Assembly: GCA_003427395.1 (NCBI GenBank)
Contig: BFEA01000006.1
Coordinates: forward strand, 3,267,658 to 3,331,657
From: Chara braunii
Taxonomy: Eukaryota; Plantae; Charophyceae
Direction: 5' to 3'
Length of the DNA stretch: 64,000 bases
Position 1 is the first letter of the stretch. Each line of letters opens with the position of its first letter. The notes beneath the pieces are model-generated. The model ran no database searches. It worked only from the letters and a program-made list of their open reading frames with translations, and was not told the DNA's origin. Positions 39,493 to 53,723 of this stretch are shown here, in pieces. The position numbers were made by a program, and so were the translations under genes.

Positions 39493-41746
39493 ACGTAACC
39501 GTTATAGCCACAAAGATCTTCGAGTGATTGTTGATCACGGCAGATTCCGTTACTATTTTCCGGTTAAAATGCTCGAATGCACGATTCTCCACAATTTATC
39601 AACTCCGATTACATATACGTGTCAATCGCGGGTTTGTCTAGAACATCCCCGCAAACCACGTATCGTAAGCATGTTGGTAGTCCGTGCTTGTGTCCGCTAT
39701 CGCTAGTTGCCACGGATCCCCGGTCCTTCGACTCGTGCCACATGTGAATCACCTTATATCCGCTAACGCTAGTTGCCGCGGATCCCCAGTCCTTCGATTA
39801 TCACCTCGTGTGAGGAAGCCCAGCATGCCGTCACATACATGCGCCGAATCCCCTGATTGTCACAGGAAACTTCTAGCAACTCACTATGCACCCCCTTTCT
39901 GCAACACAATCCGTCTAAGTGCCCATCCAATTTAGGTCTCGCAATCCAAATCCAACGACGTCCTAACCATTCCCTTCCCGTCTTAGCCGATTGCTGACGC
40001 AACACCCCGTCGACCCCGAATCTAAACACGTGTCCCCGCGTCTAACAACCGTCGAATACGAGTTAAAGCACCCATCGAATATGCGTCCAAGACATAAGCC
40101 AAAACACCCATCGAACAACTGACGCAGTACTTCGTCTATGTCGGCCCGACTGGCGCGCACACGCGTACCTGACGTCATCAATTCGCAAAGTACCAAACAC
40201 CCGGAATCCCATGACTGACGTGGAACATTACCTGGTTAGCGCAGCACCGTCGCCTCTGCCTTAGCATAAGACTGAAGCAACGCCACGTCGCAGTAGGTTG
40301 GCGGATGTTAAGCTTCCCTGCTTCGCCCACTCCACATTAGCGCAGGTCGATGGCGATTGCAAAGCGAAGCACCAACACCCCAGAGCCAATCGGATACGTC
40401 CGTTTTGGCATCCACACCACGTACCTACGAACATGTCCTCAACAGTCACAGTGCGAGCATGTACCAGCGTGAAGATCACAATGAAAAAATTGGTCTTCCA
40501 CAACACTCGTCGATCATACTGAGTGGAACCACGTACCATAGAGTCGACGTAATAGGAAGAAAAGAAAAGCAAACTATACTAAAGAGAGAGAATGCTCATC
40601 AGTAATAATACCGGCGACACTATGAGATCGTACCCAAGCTTACTGCGAGGTCGATCTCACAGCTCTTATGTCATTACAACAAAAATGAAAGGCGACTTCG
40701 GACTTTACTTCTCACAGCAAAAAGTAGACCTTTCGACACCGGGAAACATACCGGTGCTCGAACCTTCTGTCCTTGCTGCTCAGCTCGAGAGGAGAGTAAC
40801 TTCAAATTTCATTCCTATATACTACTCAACATGACTAGTAACTCTATGATTTACCGTTCGTATTCAACCGCGTAGGCGGCGCCGTCGCAGGTCAGGTACC
40901 AACGCCGAATCTCACTACGAAAAGATCCAGCTCCAGCTCACAAAATCGAAAAAAAAAAATTCCGTTGTACTCAATCGCGTGGGGCATTACTGCCGCCGAA
41001 ATTAACCCAAGTACGTGGTTCTCAAGGCTCAGATGTTGTTGCAAGTATTCTGGGAAGTACCGATTTTGGAAGACTTTCCTAGTTTTTTCGGACCCTTAGC
41101 AGGGGGGCTCAATGCGTTCTTGCTGGAGGAGTCTTCTTTCTTAGGTAAGTTGTCTCTTATCTTCTTCCTCCTCTTTGATAGTGATGCAAGTATGTAGTTT
41201 GAGATGAATGTTGGGAATGTCAAAGCTATTATATTTGTCCGTTTTTGGTAAATGAGTTTTTGGTTTTGTGGGCTGATGCGAACGGTTTTCCATGTTTTTT
41301 GGGACCTTTGAGGGACACGCGGTTAATGGAAGGCCCAAAATTCGTGGTTTTTCGCCGCATCACTACAAGCAATGTCGTGGAAAATTTTGCGAACAAACTC
41401 TTTGAGGGGGTTAGGTCGGTGCCTTCTTGCTGGAGTAGTGTTCTGTCTTAGGTGAGTTGCCCTCTGCCCTCCATCCCTTTTTGAAATATATATGTATGTA
41501 TATGTGCAAGTATGCCACTTTGGTGGCAGACGGGTGTGTGGGCACATGACGCTGAACCACAAACGTGGTCAACCTTGCATTTTCTATTTTCTATTATATT
41601 GCTTATTTGCTCGTTATGGATGGCTTGTGATGATTTGTCACGGGAATTAAAGAGGTATTATATTGCTTATCTATATTTTTGCGTTATGGATGGCTTGTGA
41701 TGATTTGTGACGGGAATGAGAGAGAGAATCTGTTTTTTTTTTAAAC

Positions 41747-41793
<47 letters not shown>

Positions 41794-41992
41794 NNNNNNN
41801 NNNNNNNNNNNNNNNNNNNNNNNNNNNNNNNNNNNNNNNNNNNNNNNNNNNNNNNNNNNNNNNNNNNNNNNNNNNNNNNNNNNNNNNNNNNNNNNNNNNN
41901 NNNNNNNNNNNNNNNNNNNNNNNNNNNNNNNNNNNNNNNNNNNNNNNNNNNNNNNNNNNNNNNNNNNNNNNNNNNNNNNNNNNNNNNCGCAC

Positions 41993-42031
<39 letters not shown>

Positions 42032-43299
42032 ACAAACACATGGCGACAGACCTTCCACTATTGACACTAACCCTGGTCCATTTCATTGCATGTTGGCACA
42101 AACAGCCAATTCCGAATGACAATCCATATCTCATACCCTTTCCCAAACCACCCCTGCTTGGCGTGCTCGCCTGTTGCAATGGCTGCAGATAGATGTGTCG
42201 AACTCCGATCTCACACCGGACATTCGATAATTGGAATGCATGATCCGCGGTTTGCTTTATTCCCGTCGTCCGTATTCGAGATCTATGCTGGATTAGATTC
42301 AGTTCTCAAATTTTGTTAAGATTAGCACATGTATAAAGTTGCTCGAACTAAACTACGGGGCGTTCTCCCGATACTAGAGGTTGCAGAACTACATCCGCCT
42401 CCTGCTCTGGCCAAAGAAATGCATATCTGCGACAAGATGTTCTTGCCCATTCGTGTCTAGTTCTGTAACGTAACTGAGGTGCCAATTAGCAGAACACCCA
42501 ATATTTCGCCTCCAGACCCTAGTGATTGTCGCTGACAAGCATTTCCGTGTTGTACAGACACTATTGATGGTCATGTAGCTACAGCGGACTGCTTTGTTAT
42601 ACCAGACACATATGCGGGCCCTATTCATTGAAGGCTCCGAGTACGGCCTCAATGTCGACACCACAGATGTGATAAAAGCACCGAAACTTGGTCTGGAGGA
42701 GGATATTGCTAAGTTCATAGCAACCATGAGATCGACATGTAACAATGACCCAATGATTACCAGTAATCTTGCTTTGCTACAGATAGCACACAATAATCAT
42801 TTCAAGATGCCAACAGAATTTGTCTAGAGCCTTGTACCAAGTACTTACTCAGGCTGCCTCACCAATCACCAATACGTCTTTGAAGTAGCTACAACATCAC
42901 TTCGCTATTGTTCCTTTTGATAAAACATCACATGATATGGCAATTTGCTGCAAATGCTGGTACGTATATAAGTTATCACAACATCCTGATAAATTTTGCC
43001 CATTCGTTCAACATTTCGTCGACCCTCTGTCTCAGACCTGCATGACATGCCCCGTCACAAACCCTTTGCAAGTACGACAATGGCCTCACGCTCACTTAGC
43101 TATGCCCTTCAAGGTGTGATCAAATCTTTGCGCATCAAGGACAGTGAGTTGTTCTCCATATATGCTCGCCAACCTCCGACATCATGTGCTGGACCATTTG
43201 CCCCCTCCTCCTACATACCCCGTCTTCTGTCCACATAAGGTGATGGAACCTCAACTGCCACCGGTGAAGGACCCCGCAATACTAACGCCAATGACATAC

Positions 43300-43660
43300 T
43301 AGCTACATCGGTTTGATAATCACCCTGTACAAATCTTGTTGCATCACCACCGATCGGCCTCCGTGACGATCGACCTGAACCGCCACTCTCCACAACAACG
43401 GGACGCCCTGTACCACCCGCCCCAACATCACGCTCAACATCGAGTCCATAACATTCCTCAAACCCGCTTGAATCGCCCTCCATCGGTCTGATAATGACCA
43501 TGTACAAATCTTGTTGCGTTACCACCAATCACCCCCCGTGACGATCGACCTGAACCGCCACTCTCCATAACAACGGGACGCCGTGTACCACCTGCCCCAA
43601 CATCACCCTCAGCATTGAGTCCATAACATCCCGCCAACCCGCTTGAATCGTCCTCCATGT
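43300..43660. repeat. ~190-bp tandem duplication downstream of the hAT transposase
   Basis: TGTACAAATCTTGTTGC..CCGTGACGATCGACCTGAACCGCCACTCTCCA..GAGTCCATAACAT occurs twice. Confidence 0.85.
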
Positions 43661-44840
43661 CAACCGCCTTTTGACTCAATCCATCGGTCGGTTGAAATGT
43701 GCCCGCCGCACAAAGTCCAACAACGATGTTGCACACGACCGGAACTCCATACTTAGACGCACCACAACCTCCTCCCAGTGCGGAGCCGGAGTCGACATTC
43801 GTCTGTCCTGACGACGGGGGTCTGTGAAAGTCGGGTGTGCCTAAGTTGTACTGTGCGTCGACTGTAGGTGAAGGCGGATCTGTAGGAATAGGCTGGTCGA
43901 CCCCGCCCGCATCACAAGTTGATGCACCAGTCTCCAAGTCCCGAATTCGCTGCTGCAGCGCCATGTATGCATGTCTACCATCCCACTCTCTTTGCAACTG
44001 GTCCAGCCGCTACTACTCCTCTCGATCGATGCGGACATGAAGCTCCTCAGTCGACTCCACTCTATCAGCCTCCATTTGATGGTAGTCGACGTCATCCCCC
44101 ACTCTCCCTCGCACGTGCGTCGCACAAAGAACACCGTTGCCAGAAGGTCCGTCTCCATGCCCATGGAAGTCGCTCGTGCGAAGCTCGGTTTTCTCCCTAT
44201 CACCTCAAGGTCCTGATGTGGGTGTACGCTGGCTAGGCAAATGTGCCTCTACTATGATGTCATCGAGGTGCTCCGACACCTCTCATTTATGTCCTGGAGG
44301 TGAGGTGGTGTGCCTTTGCAGCCTCTCTGATCGCCTGAGGCCCTGAGAAGCCGCAACTGTCGCTTGTGCCAAGCGTGCTTTGCGATCCAACAATGGCTCG
44401 TCGTCGTTGTCGTTGACCGTGCTGTCCACCTCTTCGACCTTCCTACCCTGATCCTTGACAGGGACTGCACCACTGGTCTCGCCGGATGCACCACCCTGTC
44501 CTCTGCCCAACCCTGAATCCCTGGCGGGGATGGAAGGGTCATCTCACTCACTTATGGTGGTGGTGTGTGACTGCAATCCGTTTGGCCCTCCACCGTATGT
44601 GTAGTAGAGTCTCTTAACACTCTTATCTACACCAGCCGTGAAATCCTTAGGGTCCGTCCAACCCTCGTCATCAGATGCGGCGTCCCGTGTCCCCGACATC
44701 TGCACCGTCTCTGGTGGCGGAGGAGGTACGTAGTCGCAAGGATGGATAATCACGGCTCTGGCCCCAAAAACCTTAGCAATCCCCCTCTGACCGCTGCGAA
44801 CCCTCACCCTGGAAGAGACAAATCTGCGCACTCGGCTCTT

Positions 44841-46459
44841 CTAACGGTACAGCTGACTCAACATTGGCTCCCCACACCTCTGGCTCGGGTTCCTCCTCCA
44901 CATCCAAGTCCGCCTCCGCAGCCTCATGGAGAGGATGGGTGTACTCGTCCGGCTGTGCCTCCGCCAACGTCGCCCGGTGACCCCTGGAAGAACGTATCCC
45001 TCAATCCACTCATTGCATACAAGTAGTTTGAGATTGGTGGCATCCTTAACCAAGTATGCGACCTTGGCAAACCCAAGCCTGTTACGCTTCACCGTGTGGA
45101 TACGTTCATGCTCTGCCCAATTCCCCTCTGCAGGCAAGGCGGACATCGACATGTGCATCACAGAACCACCAATGTCCTGCAACTTCGGGTGGCACGCGCC
45201 GTGCTTGACCCACCATGATGCACGTCTAGCCGTCTCGTCATCCCCCCCACACGTCTCCGCCTTAGCATCTCTCGTCACCCTATCCGTCGTGTGCCCCACC
45301 CGAGCGTGGATCGACCGCATCTGCTCACACACGCGCAAATATGTCTCGCCCCCCCGATCACACCACCTGTCTGCCCTAATAGGAAGGCGTCGCACTCGGT
45401 AACCACCTCGAGGTCCTATGCGGTCCTACGGACAGCGTCATCGTAATGGAGGGAACGTATGCGGGGGTTGAGCAAATGCATTGCCTCGTGCACAAGCTCA
45501 AGCATATACATTGTGCGGATCTACACAGCCTCCACGGACGGCTCCCTCATGTCATCCAGCACGTCGGCAGCAGCTACCTGTTGCACCAACTCCTATGACC
45601 ACCAGTACATCATAGACATGATCATGTCGCACCTGTCCAATCTCCTCAACAACTGGTGGACAGGGGACATAACGACGATAGTATGCACAATGTTGCGCCA
45701 AAAATCGGCGCAACGGATCAACTGTCCAACCCACAGAGTCTGTGTACGCCCTCGGCTCCAATGGGATCTTGTCCCACTCATCGTCATGGAGCATGTTGTC
45801 CAAGGCATTGCGCTTAGAGAGCAAACACACTAACATAAAGAAGACAAACGCGAATCGTGTCTCGGCGGTGACTCTTTGACCTCAAAAGGTGAAAAGCCGC
45901 ACCATGCGATTTAATGAATCACACCAACGCATGAGCTCTAAAAATAGTGTCCTTAACCAAAGGAACCTGTGTCCCCATGTCAGACAACATTAAGTTGCAG
46001 ATATGGGTCGAGCACGGGAGCCACGTGATACGACGTAGCTCGGCATTGGGGTCCTTTGCAAAGAGCTTTGCGACCGACGTATAGTTGGTCGCAGAATCCG
46101 TGCAAGTGACCAACACGTCCTTTGGAGGGAAAGATCGAAAAATGACATTCCACCTCCTGAGGACAACTGCTGCCATCTCGGGTATTGAACCATCTCGACA
46201 TATGGTGGCGTACAAAAGGACGTAGTGCTTTGGCTGCTGCAGGGAAGTTCTCTATGGGCCTAGCGTCGCGGGATTGCTTACCGTCTGACAAAATGGTAGC
46301 CCCAACAACCTCAAACGACACAAGGACCTCCTCCAAAACCCTGACGACCTTCCCCCGTTGATCACGAATACCAAACCCACCTATCTCCTTGAAGGAGGGA
46401 TCAACATAACTTTGTGTTGATTTTCGGGTCTCGCCAACGTTAAAGTCGAACAACAACAT
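44841..46459 (-). pseudogene. hAT-family transposase (DUF659 + C-terminal dimerisation domain), decayed
   Basis: GATILSDG; CTDSATNY; WLPCSTHICNLML; WWVKHG..PKLQ; AEGNW..IHTVKRNRL; frameshifts. Confidence 0.88.
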
Positions 46460-47076
46460 TTATAGAAACGTTGACACAAAATCAAATGATTCTAACTTGC
46501 ATTATTATTTATCTAACGTTTTTGTCACTGCACGAACATCGTTTTTTAGATATCGATAATGTTAAAAAAACAAAGTTGAACGTTGCTGAAACATTGATAA
46601 CATACATGAATGTACCAATAAATTTTAGGATTTTATATTCGAAAATGATTTCACGTTTCTCACTTCAACATGCTCGCATTAACTGCAAGATTATTCATGT
46701 CATTCAATTACATATATCAACATGTGTGTAAATGAAAAATATTATAGAGTACTAATAACATGTCGAAGAGGTGGTCGCGTTCTTAACTTGTTCAACCATG
46801 TTCTGCTATAGAGTGTGACCACCTACTCGATAAGTTGTCTCTTATCGCATAAGCGAGATAGTGAACACACAGATGGTGTTTTGAGAGAAACTTGACATTA
46901 AGTTTTGATTCTCAATAATATACGTTCGCATTGCTCACCTCTTCGCATGATGTTAAACTTTCATCGTTTTTTTATACTAGATTGATGAATATTGTCCAAG
47001 TCACTCATATGGTTAACAAAACTAACTAGAATTCACATGAAACGTTTATATGTAGTTGCGACAAGAGTGTCCACAC

Positions 47077-47133
<57 letters not shown>

Positions 47134-47229
47134 GTATGTCTCCGAAGAGGTCATTGCATTTTGAAGTCACTTGAACCATGATTAGCAAGAGTGTGAGACC
47201 ACCGCTTCGATGAGTGTGCATGTGTGTGT

Positions 47230-47315
<86 letters not shown>

Positions 47316-49595
47316 NNNNNNNNNNNNNNNNNNNNNNNNNNNNNNNNNNNNNNNNNNNNNNNNNNNNNNNNNNNNNNNNNNNNNNNNNNNNNNNNNNNNN
47401 NNNNNNNNNNNNNNNNNNNNNNNNNNNNNNNNNNNNNNNNNNNNNNNNNNNNNNNNNNNNNNNNNNNNNNNNNNNNNNNNNNNNNNNNNNNNNNNNNNNN
47501 NNNNNNNNNNNNNNNNNNNNNNNNNNNNNNNNNNNNNNNNNNNNNNNNNNNNNNNNNNNNNNNNNNNNNNNNNNNNNNNNNNNNNNNNNNNNNNNNNNNN
47601 NNNNNNNNNNNNNNNNNNNNNNNNNNNNNNNNNNNNNNNNNNNNNNNNNNNNNNNNNNNNNNNNNNNNNNNNNNNNNNNNNNNNNNNNNNNNNNNNNNNN
47701 NNNNNNNNNNNNNNNNNNNNNNNNNNNNNNNNNNNNNNNNNNNNNNNNNNNNNNNNNNNNNNNNNNNNNNNNNNNNNNNNNNNNNNNNNNNNNNNNNNNN
47801 NNNNNNNNNNNNNNNNNNNNNNNNNNNNNNNNNNNNNNNNNNNNNNNNNNNNNNNNNNNNNNNNNNNNNNNNNNNNNNNNNNNNNNNNNNNNNNNNNNNN
47901 NNNNNNNNNNNNNNNNNNNNNNNNNNNNNNNNNNNNNNNNNNNNNNNNNNNNNNNNNNNNNNNNNNNNNNNNNNNNNNNNNNNNNNNNNNNNNNNNNNNN
48001 NNNNNNNNNNNNNNNNNNNNNNNNNNNNNNNNNNNNNNNNNNNNNNNNNNNNNNNNNNNNNNNNNNNNNNNNNNNNNNNNNNNNNNNNNNNNNNNNNNNN
48101 NNNNNNNNNNNNNNNNNNNNNNNNNNNNNNNNNNNNNNNNNNNNNNNNNNNNNNNNNNNNNNNNNNNNNNNNNNNNNNNNNNNNNNNNNNNNNNNNNNNN
48201 NNNNNNNTGCAGACCTTTTTAGCGGCGGACCACCTAATCGAGCGCGACTGTCATTTTGTTTCTTTTTTTTTCCTTTTGCTTTTCGTTCTATTTTCGACGA
48301 AAAAAAAAGTTTTTTTTTTTTTTTTTTTTTCTCTCTCTCTCTTTGATATAGACACACAGACACACGCACGCCGAAGTATGCCAATGTGTGTGCGTATGTG
48401 TGCGAGCGTGTGTGTGTCAGAGAGAGAGTGCGGCCAAAGTTCTGCCATCGCCAGTGGCACGAACCAAGACAAAAGCGTGCGTCCTGCGGAGATGGCGCGC
48501 GTATTCTAATTTGCTTTTCTTTTTTTTTTTCCCAATTCTTTTCTTTCTTTTTTTTTTCCCAGTTCTTTTTTTTCTTTTTTTTTTGTTTTTTCATTTTTTT
48601 TCCGTAGTGTTGTCATTTTCATTTTCATTTTTCGTTTCTGGTACGCGTCATTTTCGCATTTCGCACACGCGGCAACAAAACAATCGGGCGGGAACATCGA
48701 ACTTAGTGGGTACACCCATGAACAATTGAAATACAGACCCGAGTTCGAATCTAGATGATGGAACTCGATGAGTAGAACCAACTACTAATGAAGCAAGTTT
48801 TTTTTTTTTTTTTTTTTGTTAATAGCCGACAGTTTATCCTACGGGAAGAGCAGTTTTACTGAAAAAAAGAGCACTTTTACTGAAAATGAATTGAATTTAA
48901 AATAAAAAAAGAAAAGGAAAAGACATGTTAAATAGAAAAGAGAAGAAAAAAAAAGACAAGAAAAAAAAAAACCAGTGGCATCGCCTGTGGGACGAGCCAA
49001 AAAAAAAAGAAACGAAAAAAGAAGCGAAAAAAAGGAAAAAACGTGGCACCACCTGAAATTGATTTGTTTTTTTTTTTTTTGCATCAGTCTGAAAAAAAAA
49101 TAAACAAAAAAAGAGAAAAGAAAAAAACGTTTTCTAGCGGAGGATTCAGTCTCATTTTGCACACTCGGAGAGTAGTGCAGTAAGGCGATGCATCTTTCCA
49201 TGTTCTAGCGGAGGATTCAATCTCATTTTGCACACTCGGAGAGTAGTGCAGCGACGCCCAAACACACACACACACACACACACACACATAGGCGGACAGA
49301 CAGATGGGACGAAGTTTGCCCATGTGTCTGTGTGTGTGCATGTGTATCAGAGAGAGGGAGGGGAAAAAAGTGGTTCGTGCGTGGGCGTTACAGAGAGAAG
49401 CCATGAGAGTGTGTGGGTGTGTGCATGGGTGTGTGGCAGTGGGAGAGTAGAGTCAAGACTCTGCCATGGCCAGTGGCAAGAGCCGAGAAAATGGTGCGCA
49501 GTGTAGCAATGGCACATGTTTTGAAAAAAAAAAAAAAGGAAAAAAAAAAACAGAAAAAAAAATCGACGAACTTTTCGATCGTTCTTCGTTTTTTG

Positions 49596-49627
<32 letters not shown>

Positions 49628-49874
49628 TCTCTCGCAGCCGTGTACTGACCTGCGTAAAGGTGGCGTCTTGATTGAGGTAAGTGACACGTCTCACTCTCTC
49701 TCTCACTTTCTCTCTCTTTCTCTCTCCTTCACTCGTCATATATCCTGTGGCCGAGGGGGGAGGTTTCATGATGAGGCGCTTGAGCTTCAGCAACCTCGGA
49801 TCCTCAGCAGGCAGACGAGAGAGAGGAAGAGAGAGAGATACCATATCCGAGGGAGAGAGAGACGCCATCGAAGA

Positions 49875-49910
<36 letters not shown>

Positions 49911-49983
49911 GGCGTGGTGGAAAACTTCCATAACCGCCAACCTTTACGAAGGAGGAGAAAGACGACGAAGGAGGAATACGACA

Positions 49984-50079
<96 letters not shown>

Positions 50080-50599
50080 GAGCCAAGTTGGAGGAGCGGT
50101 CATAGCCGCAAGCTCGGATGAAGGAGACCAGAGTGACGGGAAAAGAGAGAGAAGGGAGAGAAGCCATAGTCGGTGGTGAAGAGGAGTGCAACGAAGGAGG
50201 AGGTGGGCAGGCAGGGAGAGATCAAAGCGAGCGAAGAAGTATTTGGTTTTGAGGAGGAGAGGAAGCGAGCGATCAAAATGGCTTCTGGTGGTAAGTACTA
50301 AAACTATTTTTTTTTTTTTTTTCTTCTTCTTCTTCTTCTTCGTCTTCTTCTTTTCTTTCACATTCTTTTCTTCTTCTTCCGCTTCTTCTTCTTTTTCTTC
50401 TTCTTCTTCTTCTTTTCTTCCACATTCTTTTATTCTTCTTCTTCCCACTTCTGCCCGCTTCTCCCCACTTCTCCCCGCTTCTCGCCACTTCTCCCCGCTT
50501 CTCCCCACTTCTCCCCGCTTCTCCCCACTTCTCCCCGCTTCTCCCGGCTTCTCCCCACTTCTCCACGCTTCTCCCCATGCTGTAGTGCAAACTCCCTAC

Positions 50600-51748
50600 G
50601 ATTATTTCGCCTAGGCTCCGGATCCAGATCCCGATCCGGATCCTGATCGCCACGTGGACTTGCCACGTGGCAGCGCCTACCTCCGCCTACCTCCGCCCGT
50701 CTTTGCCTACCTCCGCCGACCTCCGGCCCCCCCCGCTTCCGCTTGCGCCCCCATCAAGGCCCTGCCACGTGGCAGCGCCGCTTCTCCCCGCTTCCCATTC
50801 CCAATCCGCTTCCCAATCCGGATCCGCTTCCCAATCCCAATCCGCTTCCCAATCCCGTCTCCGCCTACCTCCGACCATCTTCGCCTACCTCCGCCGACCT
50901 CCGCCCCCCCTTGCTTCCGCTTCCCAATCCGCTTCCGCTTCCGCTTGCGCCCCCATCAAGGCCCTGCCACGTGGCAGCGTCTACCTACGGTCCTACGCTT
51001 CCCAATCCCAATCCGCTTCCCAATCCCGTCTCTGCCACGCGGAAGCGGATTGGGATTGGGAAGCGGAGGTAGGCCTCGAGCAGCTGTTGCTGCCCCGGTT
51101 GCCTCCCTACTTCTCCGCCGACCTCCGTCTGCCTCCGCTTCCGCTTCTCAATCCCGATCCGGATCCGGATCCCGATCCTCTCCCCCCACCTTCGCCCAGC
51201 TTCGCCCACCTCCGACCGCGTTCGCTTACCTCCCCCCGTCTCTGCCGACCTCCGCCCCCCTCCGCTTCCGCTTCCCAATCCGCTTCTCAATCCCGATGCG
51301 GCTTCCCAATCCCGATCCGCTTCCCAATCCAGATCCGCTTCCCAATCCCAATCCGCTTCTCAATCCCGTCTCCGCCTACCTCCGCCCGTCTTCGCCTACC
51401 TCCGCCGATGTCCGCCCCCCCCAGCTTCCGCTTCCCAATCCACTTCCGCTTCCGCTTGCGCCCCCATCGAGGCCCTGCCACGTGGCAGCGCCGCTGTGTC
51501 GCTTCCCAATCCCGATCCGGATCCCGATCGCCGCCCCACCCGCCTCCGCGTCAGCTTCCCAATCCCGATCCGAATCCCGATCGCCACGTGGACCTCTGCC
51601 TACTTTCGCGCATCTCCGCGGACCTGCGCCCATTTTTTCTTTTCCTTCTTTTACTTTTTTTTTTTTCTCAATCAATCAATCAATCAATGAATCAAAATTG
51701 ATTGATTGATTGCTTCGTTTTTTTCACTTTTTTNNNNNNNNNNNNNNN

Positions 51749-51816
<68 letters not shown>

Positions 51817-52238
51817 AGAGAGACACACACGCACACACACACATACATTTAGTTGTGCGCGGTTTGAAAACGGCTTTTTCGTTTTTTTTTCTTTTTTCCT
51901 TTTTTTTTTTTGACTGATTGATTGATTGGTGACGAATGTGTTGTCTCCCCCACCCTCACCTCTGCGGAGGTTCGCCTACCTCCGCGGACCTCGGCCTAGC
52001 TCTGCGGACCTCCGCCGACCTCCGCTGACTTCCGCCTACGTCCGCGGATCTCCGCCTACCTCCGCCTACCTCCATGGACGTCCGCCTACGTCTGCAGACC
52101 TCCGCATACGTCCGCCTAGCTCCCCGATCCCGATCCCGGCCCCCTCCGCCCGCCTCCACGCACATCCGCCCGCCGTCGCCAACTCTGCTTCCGCTTCCCG
52201 ATCCCGATCCCGATGCCCATCCCCGCCACCCCTCCCCC

Positions 52239-52250
<12 letters not shown>
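50600..52250. repeat. GC-rich complex repeat (CTTCCCAATCC, CGCCTACCTCCGCC, GCCACGTGGC units) flanked by (ATTG)n
   Basis: Short motifs recur many times; the ORFs are low-complexity. Confidence 0.8.
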
Positions 52251-52273
<23 letters not shown>

Positions 52274-52523
52274 AAAACAAATGAAAAAAACGAAGCGGGG
52301 GGAAAAGTTTCCGCTTCCCCCCCTGCTTCGTTTTTTTTCTTTTTCTTTTTTTTTTACTGATTGATTGATTGATTGATTGATTGGTGGGGGAGGGGCCGCC
52401 CCCCCCACCTTCGTACCTACGACTTCCGTGCTTTTAATCAATCAATCAATCAATCAATCAATCAGTCAATTTCGATCGATCGATTGATTGATTGGTTGAT
52501 TGATTGATTGATTCAATCAATGT

Positions 52524-52594
<71 letters not shown>

Positions 52595-52874
52595 CTACTA
52601 AATCGATTGATCGATCGATTGACTAATTAGGTGTTGATCGTTCAAGTGAAGGAAGTTGATTGGTTTAATAAGAGAGATAGGAAGAGAGGTGTTGATTGGA
52701 CCGTCGTCCAGACGTTGCCTTAATGACAGAGTTTTTTATGGTCAACTTTGTTTCGGTTAAGTAATTGCCCTTACAAGAGAGCTGCGTTGCACGCCGTTCG
52801 CGTTCGCGTTCGCCGGCGAATACGAACACGTTCGCCCGAACGTGTTCGGGCATGAAAATCTAGAGAACGCGAAC

Positions 52875-52910
<36 letters not shown>

Positions 52911-53172
52911 GGGTCGTGGGGCATAGACCTGTATCCCTGAACCCCCGCCTCTGCTCTAAGAGTCGTGAATCGTAAATAAAGCCCCCGTTTGTGTTTTTGT
53001 GTGTAAGTGTGTGTGTGTGTGTCTGTGTGTCGGGGGCACACACACACACAGACGCAGACACACAGACACACACGTGACACACATACATACACGGGGGCAC
53101 ACACACACATACACACACACACACACACACAAACGGGGGCTTTATTTTACGTAACACACACACACACACACA

Positions 53173-53723
53173 CTGAACCCATTCACCACTTCCCGATTTC
53201 CTGAAAGTTTTTTTTTCCCCTATTTCCCAAAAGACAGTACTCCCCCTATTTCCCAAAAAACAATGAATAACCATACGCTACTGAAATCTTTATCTGTATT
53301 TTCTAAAAACTTTTGATGGGAGGACACTTAGACATTCTGTGGGTGAATACAACAATCCTTAGTGAAAGGCTCCGCATACTACGCAACGTCGGAGACAGGG
53401 ACTCACTACAACATGAAATGAACGTAGACAGTACTCCTGGCTTGGTGCCTTCGCAGAAACGAGTTTGGGGCTGCACAGCCAAACACAGCATGAATATTCT
53501 CTGTCAGAGTGTCCTCCCATGGATGTCAGAGTGTCCTCCCACAGAATGTCAGAGTGTCCTCCCACGGCTGTCAGAGTGTCCTCCCACAGAAGGTCATGAT
53601 GACATAAGCACCGTTGAACCCATCCTGGGCAGACTGTTGTGGTTCAACCTCCTGACAAGTCGGTGAAAGTCCGACGAAACGGTCTGGCACAGTCATGCTT
53701 TTTTTAGCGTATAGCAAATATGA

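Larger units (their letters stand above)
34921..41066 (-). mobile_element. Penelope-like element (Naiad/Chlamys type, N-terminal GIY-YIG) with pseudo-LTR direct repeats
   Basis: Direct repeats 34921-35402 and 40675-41066; ~10-bp TSD TGGAAG(G/A)CTT; PLE RT motifs. Confidence 0.82.

Noticed and set aside
40540-40610. CTGATGAG on the minus strand near the PLE 5' end as a hammerhead
   Set aside because: No stem II or GAAA follows. The CTGATGA hits at ~8414 and ~21496 fail likewise, and the pLTR hairpin at ~34977-35008 lacks CUGANGA.
47182-52364. Long ORFs (ERER, LSLS, PIPIRF, X-runs)
   Set aside because: Artefacts of microsatellites, low-complexity repeats and N gaps
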